Source: Pecten maximus (lineage: Eukaryota). Taken from it: DNA of 64,000 bases. Below the pieces are notes generated by a model that was not told where the DNA came from, searched no databases, and saw nothing but the letters and a program-made list of their open reading frames with translations. Below are positions 63,121 through 64,000 of this stretch, one piece after another. How positions within the stretch are numbered: the stretch's first letter is position 1; the number at the start of each line of letters is the position of its first letter. Both the position numbers and the translations under genes were made by a program. The stretch spans positions 31,868,001 through 31,932,000 of the forward strand of contig NC_047019.1 of assembly GCF_902652985.1 (NCBI RefSeq), written 5' to 3'.

Positions 63121-64000
63121 AGTCATTCATAACACACCCATAGTAGCCACCAATCTACATTTGTAAATCATTTAGAGTTCGTTGTCTTAAAAATAGGTTA
63201 TCGCGTTTTTCGCTAGTTTTCCTTCCCCTGGAAATCTTTAAACAATTTCTATTTTTCTTGATCACGTAAGATATAATCTTTGTGTCAGTACCAAATTTGC
63301 AAAGTGGTAATTTATCTTTAATAATAATAAAAAAAAAGTTTCGACATTGATAAAGCATAATAAGTAATAATAATGTACGCTTTGTTTAATGTTTAAACTC
63401 AAAACGTTAGAATAGAAGAACTCGATTAAAATGCCTTGTTCTGTAGCAAATTAGTCCGTATCAATGTGCCTATATAATCTGTTAATTATAGCTAAAGCGG
63501 GTATTAATACTCGTTTGTGTGTGTTCAAGTGTGTTGGTCACAATTATTCCCTGAAAAAAATGTCATAATCGTTTATCCTCATTCAAGGTGTCATTCCTGT
63601 AAATAGTAAAATATGTTCATTAAGTACTGTTAAATAAAATCTATCGAGGGCTTTAAACAGTCATATAGGCACTCCGCCTCTCGAATGGGCTGAAAAAATG
63701 GCTTTGATAGTATCAGACACAAATACGGGCATACATGTATATAGCCGGAAGCGTGCAATATGCTCATACAGTGGGCATCGAAAGTTATTTCAAACATTAA
63801 ACGTTTCCGAATCTGCAGTCGATTACGGACACAAAGATCCAATTATTAAATGATATCCATTAAAGTATTAAGCAATGGTAAATATATTATATATTTCCCC
63901 AAAAAAATGGATGTCGGAATCAAATGACATAATACATTTGCGCTGATGCGTATCGGGTAACGGTCATTTGATACAAGCTGTCTGTGAGAAGTAATTGGTT

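Overview
AT-rich eukaryotic genomic DNA with spliceosomal GT-AG introns, minisatellites and a 100-N scaffold gap at 22810-22909. Gene content and repeats point to a bivalve mollusc; the taxon is inferred. Four protein-coding genes can be reconstructed by hand. (1) Minus strand, 1-20324, truncated by the window: a secreted Cys-rich protein built from 6-Cys EB/EGF-like modules. 23 of these modules are single phase 1-1 exons (144-nt type A alternating with 123-nt type B) inside a ~13.8-kb near-identical exon+intron tandem array with dimeric higher-order structure. Dead ancestral module exons lie upstream, one with a mutated acceptor and a Tc2-like MITE inserted in it. (2) Plus strand, 28236-30398: a single-coding-exon 720-aa protein with two tandem CARDs, a disordered linker and a TPR-like helical C-terminus, lacking NACHT, helicase or caspase domains. 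About 3.5 kb upstream lies a dense cluster of overlapping STAT/NF-kB/AP-1 motifs followed by a splice donor. (3) Plus strand, 42680-56057: a complete 10-exon SLC22 (Orct-like) transporter of 538 aa whose TM11 charge-selectivity position is a neutral Asn. (4) Minus strand, 57055-61410: a 3-coding-exon, 887-aa secreted tyrosinase with all six Cu-binding His, two furin-type sites and a Q/P-rich insert. A 43-bp minisatellite has grown out of its CuA exon/donor junction. The rest is transposon debris (mariner, LINE, MITEs, hairpin elements) and many minisatellites. No RNA genes or CRISPR were found.
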